DNA of 64,000 nucleotides, from assembly GCA_050613775.1 (NCBI GenBank), contig JBODTK010000143.1, forward strand, positions 310,001 through 374,000. The letters are read 5' to 3'. The position numbers were made by a program, and so were the translations under genes. The notes under the pieces are model-generated. The model made no database searches. It was given only the letters and a program-made list of their open reading frames with translations, and was not told the DNA's origin. Every line of letters starts with the position of its first letter. The first letter of the stretch is position 1. The DNA is from Neocallimastix sp. 'constans'. Taxonomy: Eukaryota. Positions 14,708 through 32,101 of this stretch are shown in pieces.

Positions 14708-14926
14708 TTTCTGGACTCACTTTAAAGGGAAGTTAGGAACTGGAGAAGCACTCCGAGAAAAAGTATACAAGAAAATTATAAGCAATAATATTCATGCCAG
14801 AACGACATTGCTGAATACTCAGTATGGTCTTCCATCTGGGACGATATCGTCTTTGCGAAAGCATACAAAAGCGTTGTGACTACCTTAAAGAGGGGGATGA
14901 AATTTAAGGGCAGCACCTATCGAAAG
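14708..14926 (+). mobile_element. Possible Ty3/gypsy 3' remnant with polypurine tract
   Basis: GC-elevated island containing CTTAAAGAGGGGGATG, typical of a gypsy PPT-LTR junction; upstream frames are short and broken. Confidence 0.3.
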
Positions 14927-15314
14927 AAAAAAAACAAAAAAAAATTAAAAATTACTAATTAATATATATATTAATGAAAAATTGTCCCTTTTTTCATAAT
15001 AAAACAAAATAGAAATAATAAAATTTATAATAAAAAAAAAAAAAAAAAAAAAAAAGGAAATATATATATATATATAAATAAATATATAAATAATAATAAT
15101 AATAATAATAAAAATAATAATAATAAAAATAATAATAATAAAAATAATAATAATAAAAATAATAAAAGAATATTAATAAATAATGAATGAATGTATATGT
15201 ATTTAAAAGGATTTTAATTGCTTAAAGGCATTGATGATTATTATATTTTTAACAATTATTAAATAAATAAATAAAATAAAATAAAAATTAAAAAATAAAA
15301 TAAAATAAAATAAA

Positions 15315-16760
<1,446 letters not shown>

Positions 16761-17619
16761 ATATTAATAAATAAATAATTATAATCATAATAATATTAAT
16801 AAATAAATAATTAAAAAACAAAAAAACAAAAACTAATGTATTTTATATTTTATATTTTTTATTATTTTATATTTAATATATAAATTATATAGTTATCATT
16901 TTATAATTGTAATTATAAATATAATTATATTAAAAATCTAGTTTCTTTTTTTTTTTTTTTTTTTTTTTTAATTCAAAGTTTCAATTTATTTTTTTATAAA
17001 CCCAATTATTAAGAAATAAAAAATTAAAATATACCTATTATTTTTAAAAAATTTTATCATTGAATGGCAGTGATATTTGTTCTGTTGAGGGATACTTATT
17101 ATTCCAATTAAAAAAATAATCATAATTATTTTTAACATCAATTAAATAATTGTCTTAAAAGTATACAAAACGACTTTATTTTTATGTTATTCTTCTAATA
17201 TTGTCTGAATTTTAAATTATAAATTTAAAAACATTTAAAATAGATAAATAATTATTTCAAATAATTTTCTAATTTTAGTGTTTTGAAAATGCTTAACAAT
17301 TAATTTTAAGAATTTAGTGTTTTAATAATTAGTGAATAATATTAATTTTGTTAAAAATAATGGATTAATTAGATTAAATATTAGGGGAATATTAATTAGA
17401 TTAGTTTAATTTATTTAGTTTGGTTTGGTTTATTTTAGAATATTTTAATTTAGTTTAGATTATTTTAGATTAAGATCAAATTAGTTTAAACTTAGAATAA
17501 TATATTATGATTTATTAGTTCATTTAAACTTTAGAATTATAGAGTAGCATTTAAAGTTTTCTTTAGTTATTAGAACATACTATTTTATTAATAAAATCTT
17601 CAATTCTTTTATTAATTTT

Positions 17620-17977
17620 AGGATTCGTTCCAGATATAATGAAAGTGTAGAGAGAATATAATAGATAATATAAAAAAGATATAAAAGAAGATATAAGAGA
17701 GAAAAAAAATTAAAGATATTAAAGATAGTATAAAAGAAAATATACAGGAAGAAATGAACAAAAATTAATCACAAAGCTAAATGAAAATATAAAAGTAGAT
17801 ATAAAAGAGGAAATAGTTGATAAACTACTAGAAAATTCAGAAGGAAATGTAAATAAAATTATGCATGAAAATATGAATGAAAGTATGAAAAATGAAATAA
17901 GTAAAAATAAAAAAGAAAATATGAAAGAAGATATAGAAGAGAATATAAAAGAAAATATAAAAGCGAATAAAATTTAG
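17620..17977 (+). pseudogene. Frameshifted E/K/N/I-rich repetitive coding remnant
   Basis: Broken frame reading ...KLNENIKVDIKEEIVDKLLENSEGNVNKIMHENMNESMKNE...ENIKENIKANKI*, with frameshifts in A-runs. Confidence 0.3.
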
Positions 17978-20789
17978 TAATTTAGATGATATATATCCCT
18001 TAAAAATGAATATTCATAAGTAAAATAACCCGAGCATACAATTTATTTGTAATAATTTAATAATAAAATTAATTATAACTAAATTATTACTCATTAAGTA
18101 TTAGTCCTATCACTAATATTAAAGGTTAAGAAAAGAATCCTATTTATCTGTGGTTTTTTCTAGTAGTAATTGGGAAAAACCTTAATTAACCTATTATCCT
18201 TTTTAATTTAACGATCTAAAATATAAGGATAAAATAATAAAAAATACTTCTATCACAAAAAAATAAAACTCATCTATGTAGTTCCATTTCCTTAACTTTT
18301 CATAAAAATATAAAATAATACATTTAAAGATGGAAGAAAATAAGATTAATAAAATGTAGAATACATAATTAAAGTACAGAATAATGTTTTTATTAATAAT
18401 TCAAATAAAAAACGAAAACTAATAAATATAATAATAAAATGAATCCATAAATAACTTTTAATTTTTAAATGTATAAAAGCTATTTAACTAAATAAATTTT
18501 TAATATTAAAATAAATAAATGGTTAATATATAATTAAATAAATTATTAATTACATATAAGTGCATAAATATAATATTAATTAAATAAAAGTCCTATTAAT
18601 TATAACTTGACAAAGAGACTATAATTATTTAGCAAAAAAGTTAGAAATTCTTACAGTATATATTATATATTTTTATTCATATATTAGAATTGTTTTGATA
18701 AAACTAAATAGTATGTACTGTAAGAATTTCTAATAAATGAATTTGGTGATATAAGATACAAATATTCAAACTTTAATTAATATAAAATAGTTTTAATATT
18801 AACATAAATTAATGTCATAAATTTAAATCTAATGATTTTGCAATATTCTTAATATGTGGCTTGAATTATATTTATTAATTATATTTATAATCTATAAATA
18901 ATTTTATAACATAAATCAATGTTTTAATTATATTCTTATTATTTTATATTTATATAGTTTTTATTTTATATTTATATGGTTATCAACAATTTCCATATAA
19001 ATAACAATTATTAATATTATTTTATATTTATATAGTTAATAATTATTTCCTTAAATAATAATTATTAATATTTATAATACTTAAACATAAAAGTTCATTA
19101 AATAGTTTATTTTAACCACAAGAACAACTAATTAAATAGTTAATTATAACTAAATAACATAAAAATAAAACGTTTTCTCTGAATTAAGAGAAGTGTATGT
19201 GTGAAAGTTGTTAGATTTTTTAAATGTGTAGAAAAGTATAATTATTTTCACTTGAATAAATATATGTAATCTTAATAATAAAATTAAATAAATAAATAAA
19301 TAAATAAATAATACTTTTATAAATTTAAATAAAATTAAATCCCCAACAATAAACTTCTTCAAACCAGAAGTTATAATATCATTGGTTTATATATTGGTAT
19401 TTTAGTAAAGTTTCATGAACATCAACTTTTAATTATTTATGTTTTATATGTTTTATATACAAAACATTTTAAGTATATATATAATATATAATATATAATA
19501 TATGATATATATTATATAAAATATAAAATATAAAATATAAAATATAAAATATAAAATATATTTTTAGTTTTTTTATTAATAATCTTAAACATTTTTTAAC
19601 TTTTCTTTACAAATCTTATGTTCAAATTGTATAAATTAATGAAATTTAAATTATTTGTTACGTAAAAAATCTAATAATTATAATTATAATTCTATAAAAA
19701 TAAAAATAAAAAATTTTAATAATTTAATAATTTTAATTATTATTTTATTTTATTTTATTTTTTATTTTAAATTCATCATTCTTATAATTATTAAAATTAT
19801 AATTATAATTATCCTTTTATATATTTTATTTTATTTTATTTTATTCTATTTTATTTTATTCTATTTTATTTTATTCTATTCTATTTTATTTTATTCAATT
19901 TGTACTTATATTATATTCTAATATTTATTTTATTTTATTTTATTTTATTAAATCTATATATTCATATTCTACTATTTATTTTATTTTATTTTATTTTATT
20001 TTATTTATTAATTTTTTTTCTATTAATAAAGTTTTAATTTATTGTTTATTTTATGCGGCCATTTTTATATTAAATTTTAATTATTAAAAATTTAATTAAA
20101 ATTTAATTAAAATTTAATTATTTATAATTCATTTTTATAGAAATGATTTTAACTTATTTAGTATATTTTTGTGCTCATGGTACAAAATCTGCTTAAAAAG
20201 GAAATTGAACATCAATTTAATTTAATTTAATTTAATTTAATAAATCATCACTAAAAAAGTAAAATTAATTTAAAAATATTAAAAAAACCACTTAAAAAAA
20301 GTGATGAAATTAACACAAAATTCGATCAGCAATAAAAAAAAAAAATTTTAATTAAACATTAAAACAAAACTAAATAAATTTAAAGTTATTATTAAAAAAA
20401 AAAAAGTTTTTTCATTTTTATATATATAAAAATGTTTTTTAACTCTCAATATGAATAGTTGGTTGAATTCTGAGGTTTAAGAAAAAAGAAAGTTCACTAA
20501 GAAAAATTTTAAGATTTTTATCTTATTAATATTAAGTAATATTTAAAATCATTAACAATAAGAATATTTATATTTATTCATTATAAAAGTATGATTCTAT
20601 TCTATTCTATTCTATTCTATATTTATTGTATTAAATTTTGAGACTATATTTACAAGTTTATTTTATAATTAATTTCTTTTCTTTAGTTATTTAGGTAATA
20701 GTACAAAAAAAAAATAATCAGTAAGTTTAACTAAAAATAGAAATTATATGAAAAAGTTTTGTATATAAAAATAAATATATAGAATTAAT

Positions 20790-21420
20790 ATGAAAATAAA
20801 TATATTAATAAATAATAAATAATAAATAATAAATAATAAATAATAAATAATAAATAATAAATAATAAATAATAAATAATAAATAATAAATAATAAATAAT
20901 AAATAATAAATAATTAATAATTGAATAATTAATAATTGAATAATAAATAATAAATAATAAATAATAAATAATAAATAATTAATAATTGAATAATAAATAA
21001 TTGAATAATAAATAATAAATAATAAATAATAAACAATAATAAATAAATAATAAATAATGAAATAATACTTTTTATTGTATTGTTTGTATTAATACCTAAA
21101 TGAACCGTAAAAATTATATAATGATTGATGCTTAATAATTAATCAATTAATAATAACTGTTTTTATTATTTATTATATATTATTTATTATTTATTATATA
21201 TTATTATTTATTATTTATTATTTATTATTTATTATTTATTATTTATTATTTATTATTTATTATTTATTATTTATTATTTATTATTTATTATTTATTATTT
21301 ATTATTTATTATTTATTATTTAATTATTTAATTATTTAATTATTTACTTTTTACTATTTATTATTCAATTATTTAATTATTTAATTATTCAATTTTAATT
21401 TTATTTATTAGTATTTTTAA
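20790..21420. repeat. Inverted pair of heptamer satellites: (AATAAAT)n then (ATTTATT)n
   Basis: Forward tract ~20805-21055 and complementary tract ~21170-21390, including the shared variant ATAATTGAATAA / TTATTCAATTAT. Confidence 0.75.
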
Positions 21421-22063
21421 TTTCATTTTATTTATTAATGCTTTAATGGAATATATATTAATGTAATATATATAAAACTTAATGTATAATATAGGTATAA
21501 TATATATGTATAATATATATTATATATTATACATATATCATATAATATTTATAATATATAATATTATATGTATATTATATTAATAATATTATTTTATTTT
21601 ATTTATATTATTAATTTTTTTTTTTTATTCTTTTAAATTCTTATAAAAACAATTCAAAATCTTAATTTATGTTTAAACGAATATTTTCAGGTTTTAGAAG
21701 AAGTCTCTCTTTTTTTTTTTTTAAATACATTTTCTTTTGTTTTTCATTTGTATATTAAAGAAAATAATTATATTTAATTTGGACTTTAAATATTTATTAT
21801 ATATATATATATATACTTTTTTTTCTCTTTTTTATTTAGAAATTTTTATATAAGTATAAAAAAAAATTATATAATGTTTAATTGTATAATTAAACTTAAA
21901 ACAATATATTTAAATTAGTAGATTTATTAAAACATATTGAAAATTGATACTACAAGTCTTTCAAATATTTTCAATTAAAAAAATAAATTATAGAAATTTA
22001 ATTATAATAAATTTAATTTAAAAAAGTAAAATATATATATATATATTTATAAAAATCACTAAA

Positions 22064-23515
22064 ATGAAAGTAGAGAAAAAAGGTAAATATTAATTTAAAT
22101 TTCAATTACATTTAAATTTCAAAAGGAATTTTATAAGCATTTATTTTGAGCTTGAAACAAATAAATTCAATATGTAGTTTTTATTATTAAAATTTTAAAA
22201 TTTATAAATAATTTTAATCATAATTCACATATATTTTATAATTATTAATGATAAATGAATTAATATACAAAATATAATTTTATAATTTCAATATAGTAAT
22301 ATTAATAATATAATTTTATAATTTCAATATAATAATAATAATAATAATAATATAATTTTATAATTTCAATATGATAATAATAATAATAATATAATTTTAT
22401 AATTTCAATATAATAATAATAATAATAAAGATGCTCAATGTGCATTAATACATGATTATGATCAATGTGTTTCAAAACCAAATTGTGTATGGTGTGATAA
22501 TGGAATTGATTGTTTAAATTCATATGGTAAAAAGAAGAATTCGGTGTGTCCAATACCTACAAATTGTGATCCAAAGAACGCAAATTGTTTTACAGGAAGG
22601 TTTGATTTTTGGAGTGGATGGAGTTTTGATTCCAATCCAGAATGTAATTTTTGTATGGGTTATTTTAAATGTGGTACTGATTGTCAAAAATCAATAAGTT
22701 CAAGTTGGTATAGTATGTATTATTATTATTATTATTATTATTAATTTTTATATTTTTTGACATAAATTTATAAATATTTTATGAAACTAATTATTAATAT
22801 ATTTTATTTTGATACATTTTTTTTTATTATTATAGTTGATTATAGTGGAAAAGCAACTTCAAATAATAGTAATAATAATAATAGTAATAATAAAACAAAC
22901 AATAATAATAATAAAACAAATAATAGTAATAATAAAACAAATAATAATAACAATTCAGATAAAAGCCAAAACAAAAACAAAGGAAATACTAATAATAATA
23001 CATCCAATGGAAATAAAAATGTAAATACTAATAATAATACATCCAATGGAAATAAAAATGTAAATACTAATAATAATACATCCACTGGAAATAAAGGTGT
23101 AAATACTAATACCAATATTAATAGTAATAATACCAATATTAATGGTAATAATACCAATATTAATGTTAATAATGTAAATAACACTTTAACAAATGCTGTT
23201 CCAATTAATGGTAATAATACACAAGGAGAAGTGATTAGTTCTGCTGATCCTCAAGTAATTAATAATATAAATCAAGATTCCAAAAATTTAAATACTACTA
23301 ACACTGTGAACAATACTACGGCAAGGAATGATTCGAAAAATATATTTAATAGTATTAGTAATACATTACCAATAGCTTTACCAATCCTTTTTGTGAGTTT
23401 ATTAATTTTAATTATTGTTTTTAGAAATAAAATCATAAAATTATTTAAAAAAATATTTAGGATCAAGGAAGATTATAGTTATAACTTTAACAGAACACCA
23501 TATTCCAGTTATTAA
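22064..23515 (+). CDS. Cys-rich (PSI-like) domain, Asn-rich stalk, single C-proximal TM protein (326 aa; exons 22064-22082, 22431-22712, 22836-23515)
   Basis: Phase-1 GT-AG introns join in frame. 12 Cys including C-V-W-C; Asn/Thr-rich linker; hydrophobic LPIALPILFVSLLILIIVF followed by basic residues. First exon is less certain. Confidence 0.7.
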
Positions 23516-24347
23516 TTAGACTATTAATTTTTAATTTATGAAGCAAATATAAAAATAGAGTAGTAATTTTTTTTAACAAAAAAGACCTTTAATACCAAAC
23601 TTGGCTATTAGTTCTTGCCTAACTTATAAAATGATTAAGTGAATAGAATAATAGTTTTAACCAAAAATTTTATACCAATCTTTACTCTTTACTATTAATT
23701 ATTATTTTTTTTTTCAAAAAATAATAATCCTTTTATAGTAAACAGTTTAAAAAAAAATTTATTATACTAATCCTGACTATCAATTATTTATTTGTAAAAT
23801 AAAAATAAGGTCAAAATTGAAATTTTAACCTTATATCGATCTTGACTCAAAGTTGTTTATTTTTGAAATGAAAATGTTATTATTATTTTTTATTTTTATA
23901 AAAATAAAGAATAATATTTTATTTTTCCATTTATTAACATAAATATAGCGTTTAAGTTATTATATTAATATATATTTTTTTTTTTTTTGCTTAGACATAC
24001 ACCACACGCACCCACATATATATATTCAAAATTAAATAGCCTTTTTTTTTTTAAGTATATTTTTTTTTATCGAAATAATTTTTATAGTTTATGAAAGTTT
24101 AGTTTAGATTAAAATATTTTAGAGAAAAATAATAAATCAATTTATAAATGTGGGATTATTATAAGGTTTACTATAATATTTTTATTGTATAATAATGAAA
24201 ATATTAAATATTAATCTTCTTTTATAGATATTTTTTTATTTTTATTAATAGATAAGTACTTGAATATATTAAGATATTATTATAAGAAGTTATAATTGTA
24301 GTTTTATATGTATATATATAGATAGAAAATTAAAATTAATTATTATA

Positions 24348-24378
<31 letters not shown>

Positions 24379-24467
24379 TTCAGATGTATTTAAATTAATA
24401 AAATAATTATATAGGTAAGACATAAAAAAAAAATATTTAATAAAAGGTATATATGTAAATATTTTAA

Positions 24468-24527
<60 letters not shown>

Positions 24528-24639
24528 ATTTAAATATAAACTTTTAAAAATAGTAATAATAATAACAACAACAATAATAATTGTTAAAAGTCAGTTTATA
24601 ATTATATCATTAACAATTTTAATAAAATTGACATAAGTA

Positions 24640-26968
<2,329 letters not shown>

Positions 26969-27114
26969 TATATATATATTATGATATCATTGTTAAATAA
27001 TTATATATAATTATTAAGCAAAAGTATTATTAATTTATTATTATATATATTATTATTACTAATAAATATTACACCAAAATTATATTTTGAATATTAAAAA
27101 AAATTTTTTATTAA

Positions 27115-27560
27115 TCTTTGTATTCAGTGAGTCTTTCAAGTTTTTATTTTGGTGGTTAGTACTCTGGACTAACAGACATAAAGTTTCTGAATTGACCCTA
27201 CGACTACCTCCTCCTGAACTTTTATAGGACTGTTTTCATCCTCCCAGGATGTTTTCCCTTGTAAATGAGGTTGATGTTTGCTCGTTACAGTAAGTTTTCA
27301 TGCTGCTAAACTATATCATTGCTAATGTAGAGAGCACTTGATCTGTGAGAGGATTAGTGCAGTTGTTCTTAATGATGGTTCCAGTGATCACTGAAAAGGA
27401 ATCCGCTGTATAAAACTGCATAGAGAGAATGTCCAGCCTTGCTTAGTGCAAGGTCTGCGTTGACGCTGAAATGGTGTGATAAAGAATCCAATAAATTTCT
27501 ATTAAGTTTAAAGGGAGAGACTGGAGACCCTATTGCCCTTCCTTCTCGTTAATCCCAATC
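27115..27560 (-). mobile_element. Degenerate LTR-retrotransposon pol fragment (retropepsin-like)
   Basis: GC-elevated island. Minus strand reads HSLYAVLYSG then, after a frameshift, SFSVITGTII, resembling the retropepsin active-site motif (A.LDSG.S.S.I) with Asp replaced by Tyr; multiple stops downstream. Confidence 0.4.
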
Positions 27561-28438
27561 AAAAAAAAAAAAAAAATTATGTATTTTTTTAATATAAAGT
27601 ATAAGAGGATTATAATTAATCCTTTACAATCTTTATTAATAATAAAAAATCAATAAACAATATAATAATAAATAATAAACATTACATAATACATAATACA
27701 TAATACATAGTACATAATACATAATACATAATACATTACATAATACAGAATGATAAGTAATTAAAAAAAAAAAAAAAAAAAGATAAATAATAATAAAAAG
27801 TAAACAATGATTCCATAAAAGATGCTTAACACATTTTATGGAATCATTGCTTAACTAATTTTATAAAAATTTTTTAAGTATCAGAAATATGAATAAGGAA
27901 TAATCTTCTTTTTTTTTTTTTTTTTAATATAATTATCATAAGAATATAATATATCATTTTTATAATATATGTATATATATAAAAAATAATTGTTAAGAAT
28001 AGATTAAATAATATATTAGTAATAATATATATATTTTATATCAATTAAGCATATTTCGGTACTATATATAATACTTAGTTTCGAAAAAAGATTAGCAATT
28101 CATTCATTTTAAACATATAAATTTTATTTTAAATAATTTTATATATATAGCTATAAATATTCATTTATATAAAATGATTTGAATAATATTATCTTCATTA
28201 ATATAATTCTTTTTTCTTATTTTACTTTTTTTTTAAATTTTTTTTTAATTTTTTTATTAAACATTTTCAATTAATATAATTAAAATTTTATACTATTTAA
28301 TTAATTAACTTTAAATTCTATTGGTCGATCGTAATAGAATTAATAAATTTTTTCTTTTATTTTTTTTTAATTTTTATTATGTATAATTTACTTTTTTTTT
28401 CCTTACAAGTTTTTTTAAAAAAATTTTTTTTATTTTAA

Positions 28439-28471
<33 letters not shown>

Positions 28472-28494
28472 AATAATTTAGTAAATTAATCAAC

Positions 28495-30621
28495 ATGTTC
28501 TCAAATAATTCTTCTAGCCTTGTTAAGAACAGCATTCGTTGCTTATCTTCTTCCATCAATCCAGCTACTACTGCTGTCTTTGTTTGTGATATTCAAGATA
28601 AATTCAAGTAATTAAATTATTATTATATATTATTATTATTTTTACAAAATGTATTTTACATTGAGTAAAACAAAAAAATAAAAGAAAAATAAATCATAAT
28701 TTATGTATAATAATTTTATTGTATATTATATTATTAAAATAATTTTAAATATGATTTAAATAGGAATTTTATTTATGGATTTGATAATATGGTTAATACT
28801 GCCAGTAAGATGGTATTTATATAATAATTATTTAATAATTATTTTTATTATAATATTTATGTTTATTTTTATTTTTATATTATAGTAAAGAAAATAAATA
28901 ATTAATTTTTTTTCATATTATTATTTATTTATCTATTTTTTAAATTATAATTTATTAAATAAAATGATAGTGTAAAATTGCCAACCAATTCGAAATCCCA
29001 ATTGTTGTTACTGAACAAGTAAATTTAAAATATATATTTAAATTTTAGATGGCTTAAAAATAAATTTAATTGATGACTAAAAATTAAAATTTATACTTTG
29101 TTCTATAATTTATTTTGATTATAAACTATATATTTCATATTTCATATTGTTTATACATTTGTTTTATTTTATTTTATTTTATTTTTTGTTTATGGCTAAA
29201 AAAATAATAAAAAATAAAAAACAAAAAAATGATCCACAGAATCCAAAAGGTATTTATCAATATAATTTATTAGTAGCAAATATTTAATGTATAGTTTAAT
29301 ATGTATATGTTTAAAAAAAAAATAATAATCATTATAAATATATAATAATAAGGATATAATAAATAATAATAAGAAAAAAAAATAATAATATTAAGTATTA
29401 AATATTAATAAATAATAATATTAATAATTATAAATAATAATAATATACTATATTATATTTAAATTATAATATAAATAAAATTTTTAAATAGCTTTCGGTA
29501 AGACTGTTAAAGAAATCGATATTTCTAAGGCTGCTCTTGTTCAAGAAAAGTCCAAGTTTTCTATGATGACTCCAGAAATTAAGGAATTAATTCATAACCG
29601 TTTCAAGACCAAGTCTGTTATTATTTGTGGTTTAGAAGTAATATATATATATATCATATAAAAAATAAAATATATCTATATTTATAATTATTCAAAAATA
29701 ATATTAATGTTAACTGTTAATTTATTGATTTTTTTTTCATTAAATTCTTTTGAAAATTATTTTTTTATATTTTATATATCAAATTTTTATTTTAAAAATT
29801 TATATATATTTTATTATTTATTCATATTATATTTATATATCATTATTATTATTATTATTATTAATTTTATTGTATAAATCATATTATATTTATATATCAT
29901 TATAATTATTATTACTATTATTTAATTTTATTATATAAATCATATTATATCTATATATCATTATAATTATTATTACTATTTTTTATTTTAATTTTATTAT
30001 ATAAATTATATTATCTCTATAAATTATTATTTTTACTATTATTATTATTTTTAAATTTCATTTTATTTTTAAGTCTCACGTTTGTATTCTCCAAACTACT
30101 CTTGATTTATTAAATGAAGGTATTGATGTTTACATCTTAGCTGATGGTGTATCTTCTATTAACAAGTCTGAAATTGATATTGCTAGAAAGGTATAATAAT
30201 AATATTTTTTTTTTTTATTTATTTATTTTATTTTATTTTATTTATTTTAACGATATAATATTGTTACTATTATATATATATATATATTTTTTTTTATTTT
30301 TATTATTTTTATTATTTTTATTTATTTTATTTTGCTATTATTGTTATTATTAATTCAATTAATATGGTACTTTATATATATATATATATATATATTTACA
30401 TATTAAATTATTCTATATATAAATATATATACATGAAATGAAATGGAAATTAGAGATGTATGATGTCTGGTGCTAATATTACCAGTTCCGAATCTATTTT
30501 ATTCCAACTTCTTGGTGATGCTAAGAATCCAAACTTCAAGTTTGCTAACAAGTTGATTAAGGAAACTAAGGAAGCTACTAAAGAAGCTATGGACTGTTTT
30601 GTTAGAGATTTATATAAATAA
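28495..30621 (+). CDS. Isochorismatase-family hydrolase, ISOC1/ISOC2 (YcaC-related) type (exons 28495-28607, 28764-28812, 28971-29018, 29240-29249, 29492-29637, 30074-30190, 30454-30621)
   Basis: Seven exons splice in frame, giving [60 protein letters not shown] and [19 protein letters not shown]. The Asp-Lys-Cys triad is present. Confidence 0.93.
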
Positions 30622-30968
30622 ATTAATATATAAGTTTATGTTGACGAAAAAAAAAAAAAAAATGAAGAATGAGTTTAATCAATTAAATTAGAAAAAATAA
30701 TTATATATAATATAAATTATGAAATATATATTAATTTAGATTCACTAATAAAAAAAGAAAGGGTGAAAAAAAAGAAAAAAGAAAAAAAAAAAAAAAAAAA
30801 AGTTAAAAAATAGAGAAAAAACAAATTTAATCAAACTAATATATAAAAGTATGAAGAAAAAAAAAAAAAGCAATGAAGTTGAAACAACAAAGATTATGAG
30901 CATTATAACATTGTAATATACGTAATTTTTAATTTTTAAATTAAATTGAATAAATAAAAATAAAGCAA

Positions 30969-31009
<41 letters not shown>

Positions 31010-31324
31010 TTAGTATTAATATCTATCTAATATATGTGTAAAACTTATTATTATAATAATGAAAGTATTATATTTTATATTGATGATTGATATGAATAGA
31101 GTATTTAGTTTACTATAAAAATTTATTTACATTTACATATATATATATATTTATTATTTATTATTAAGATAAATGTTGAACAATTAAGACACAAATTCAA
31201 GAACTAATGTACAAAAAATTTTCTTTACATTATATTTATAGACATATATATGTGGCAAAGACTACATGACACGTTAATATAACATGAAATGTATTAATTA
31301 AATATATGCTAATAATACATGTGT

Positions 31325-31691
31325 TAGGGAATCGTGCATTTCAAAATGTGACTTACAAATATTTAAAATAAAGCCATACATTTTTTAGATATTTTATACA
31401 ATCATATATATATATAATTAAATAATTAAATAATTAAATATATAATTAAATAGATATATTTTACAATTAAATATTATTAAATAACTATTTCAAAAGAAAT
31501 AATAATATATTCTATTAAAAAAGAATTATAAAAGATCATTTATACAATTGAATATTAATTAATTATATATAAAAGAGAATATTTATTATTTATTTAATTA
31601 TTATTTATTAAATTATTAAAAATAACAAGCCATATATGATAATACGCCACATTGTGAAATGCACAGATTACAAAATGCACTATATTCCCCT
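31325..31691. mobile_element. MITE-like element with imperfect inverted termini
   Basis: GTGCATTTCAAAATGTGAC (~31334) pairs with GCCACATTGTGAAATGCAC (~31646-31664), and GGGAATCGTGCATTT with AAATGCACTATATTCCCC; AT-rich interior. Confidence 0.4.
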
Positions 31692-31944
31692 TCAAACCTA
31701 ATTATTTTAAAGAATGTAATTCGGTTTGCAAATGTACGTGTGAATTATGCTAATTTTTTTTTTTTTTTTTTCAAATATTAAAATTTTTCTTTAATATCTA
31801 TAAACTATAAATTGTTACTATTCTAAATTAATTAAAGTTAAAAAATTTTCTCAATTTTTACATTAAATGAAATTATTTTCTATTTTTTTTTTATGAAATA
31901 TAATTATAATTTTAGAATTTTAGAAAAAGCAAAATAATTATTAT

Positions 31945-32101
31945 ATATGATGAAAACCTTTTTCTTGAAGGATGAATTTATACCATCTCAATTTGTGAAT
32001 ACTGAATATTGAGAAGTACATTACTTTTAAATATAATCTGCTTTATAGATTAGCTAACTTTTAATATATTTTTTCGCTTTGTAGTTTTAGTGATAACTAT
32101 T
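31945..32101 (-). mobile_element. Dispersed repeat fragment homologous to 25090-25251
   Basis: Shared ATATGATG.AAACCTTTTTCTTGAA...TTTGTAGTTTTAGTGATAACTAT. Confidence 0.55.

Noticed and set aside
27330..27350. Minus-strand AGATCAAGTG resembling U2 snRNA
   Set aside because: The branch-point-pairing sequence and 5' stem do not follow; chance match.
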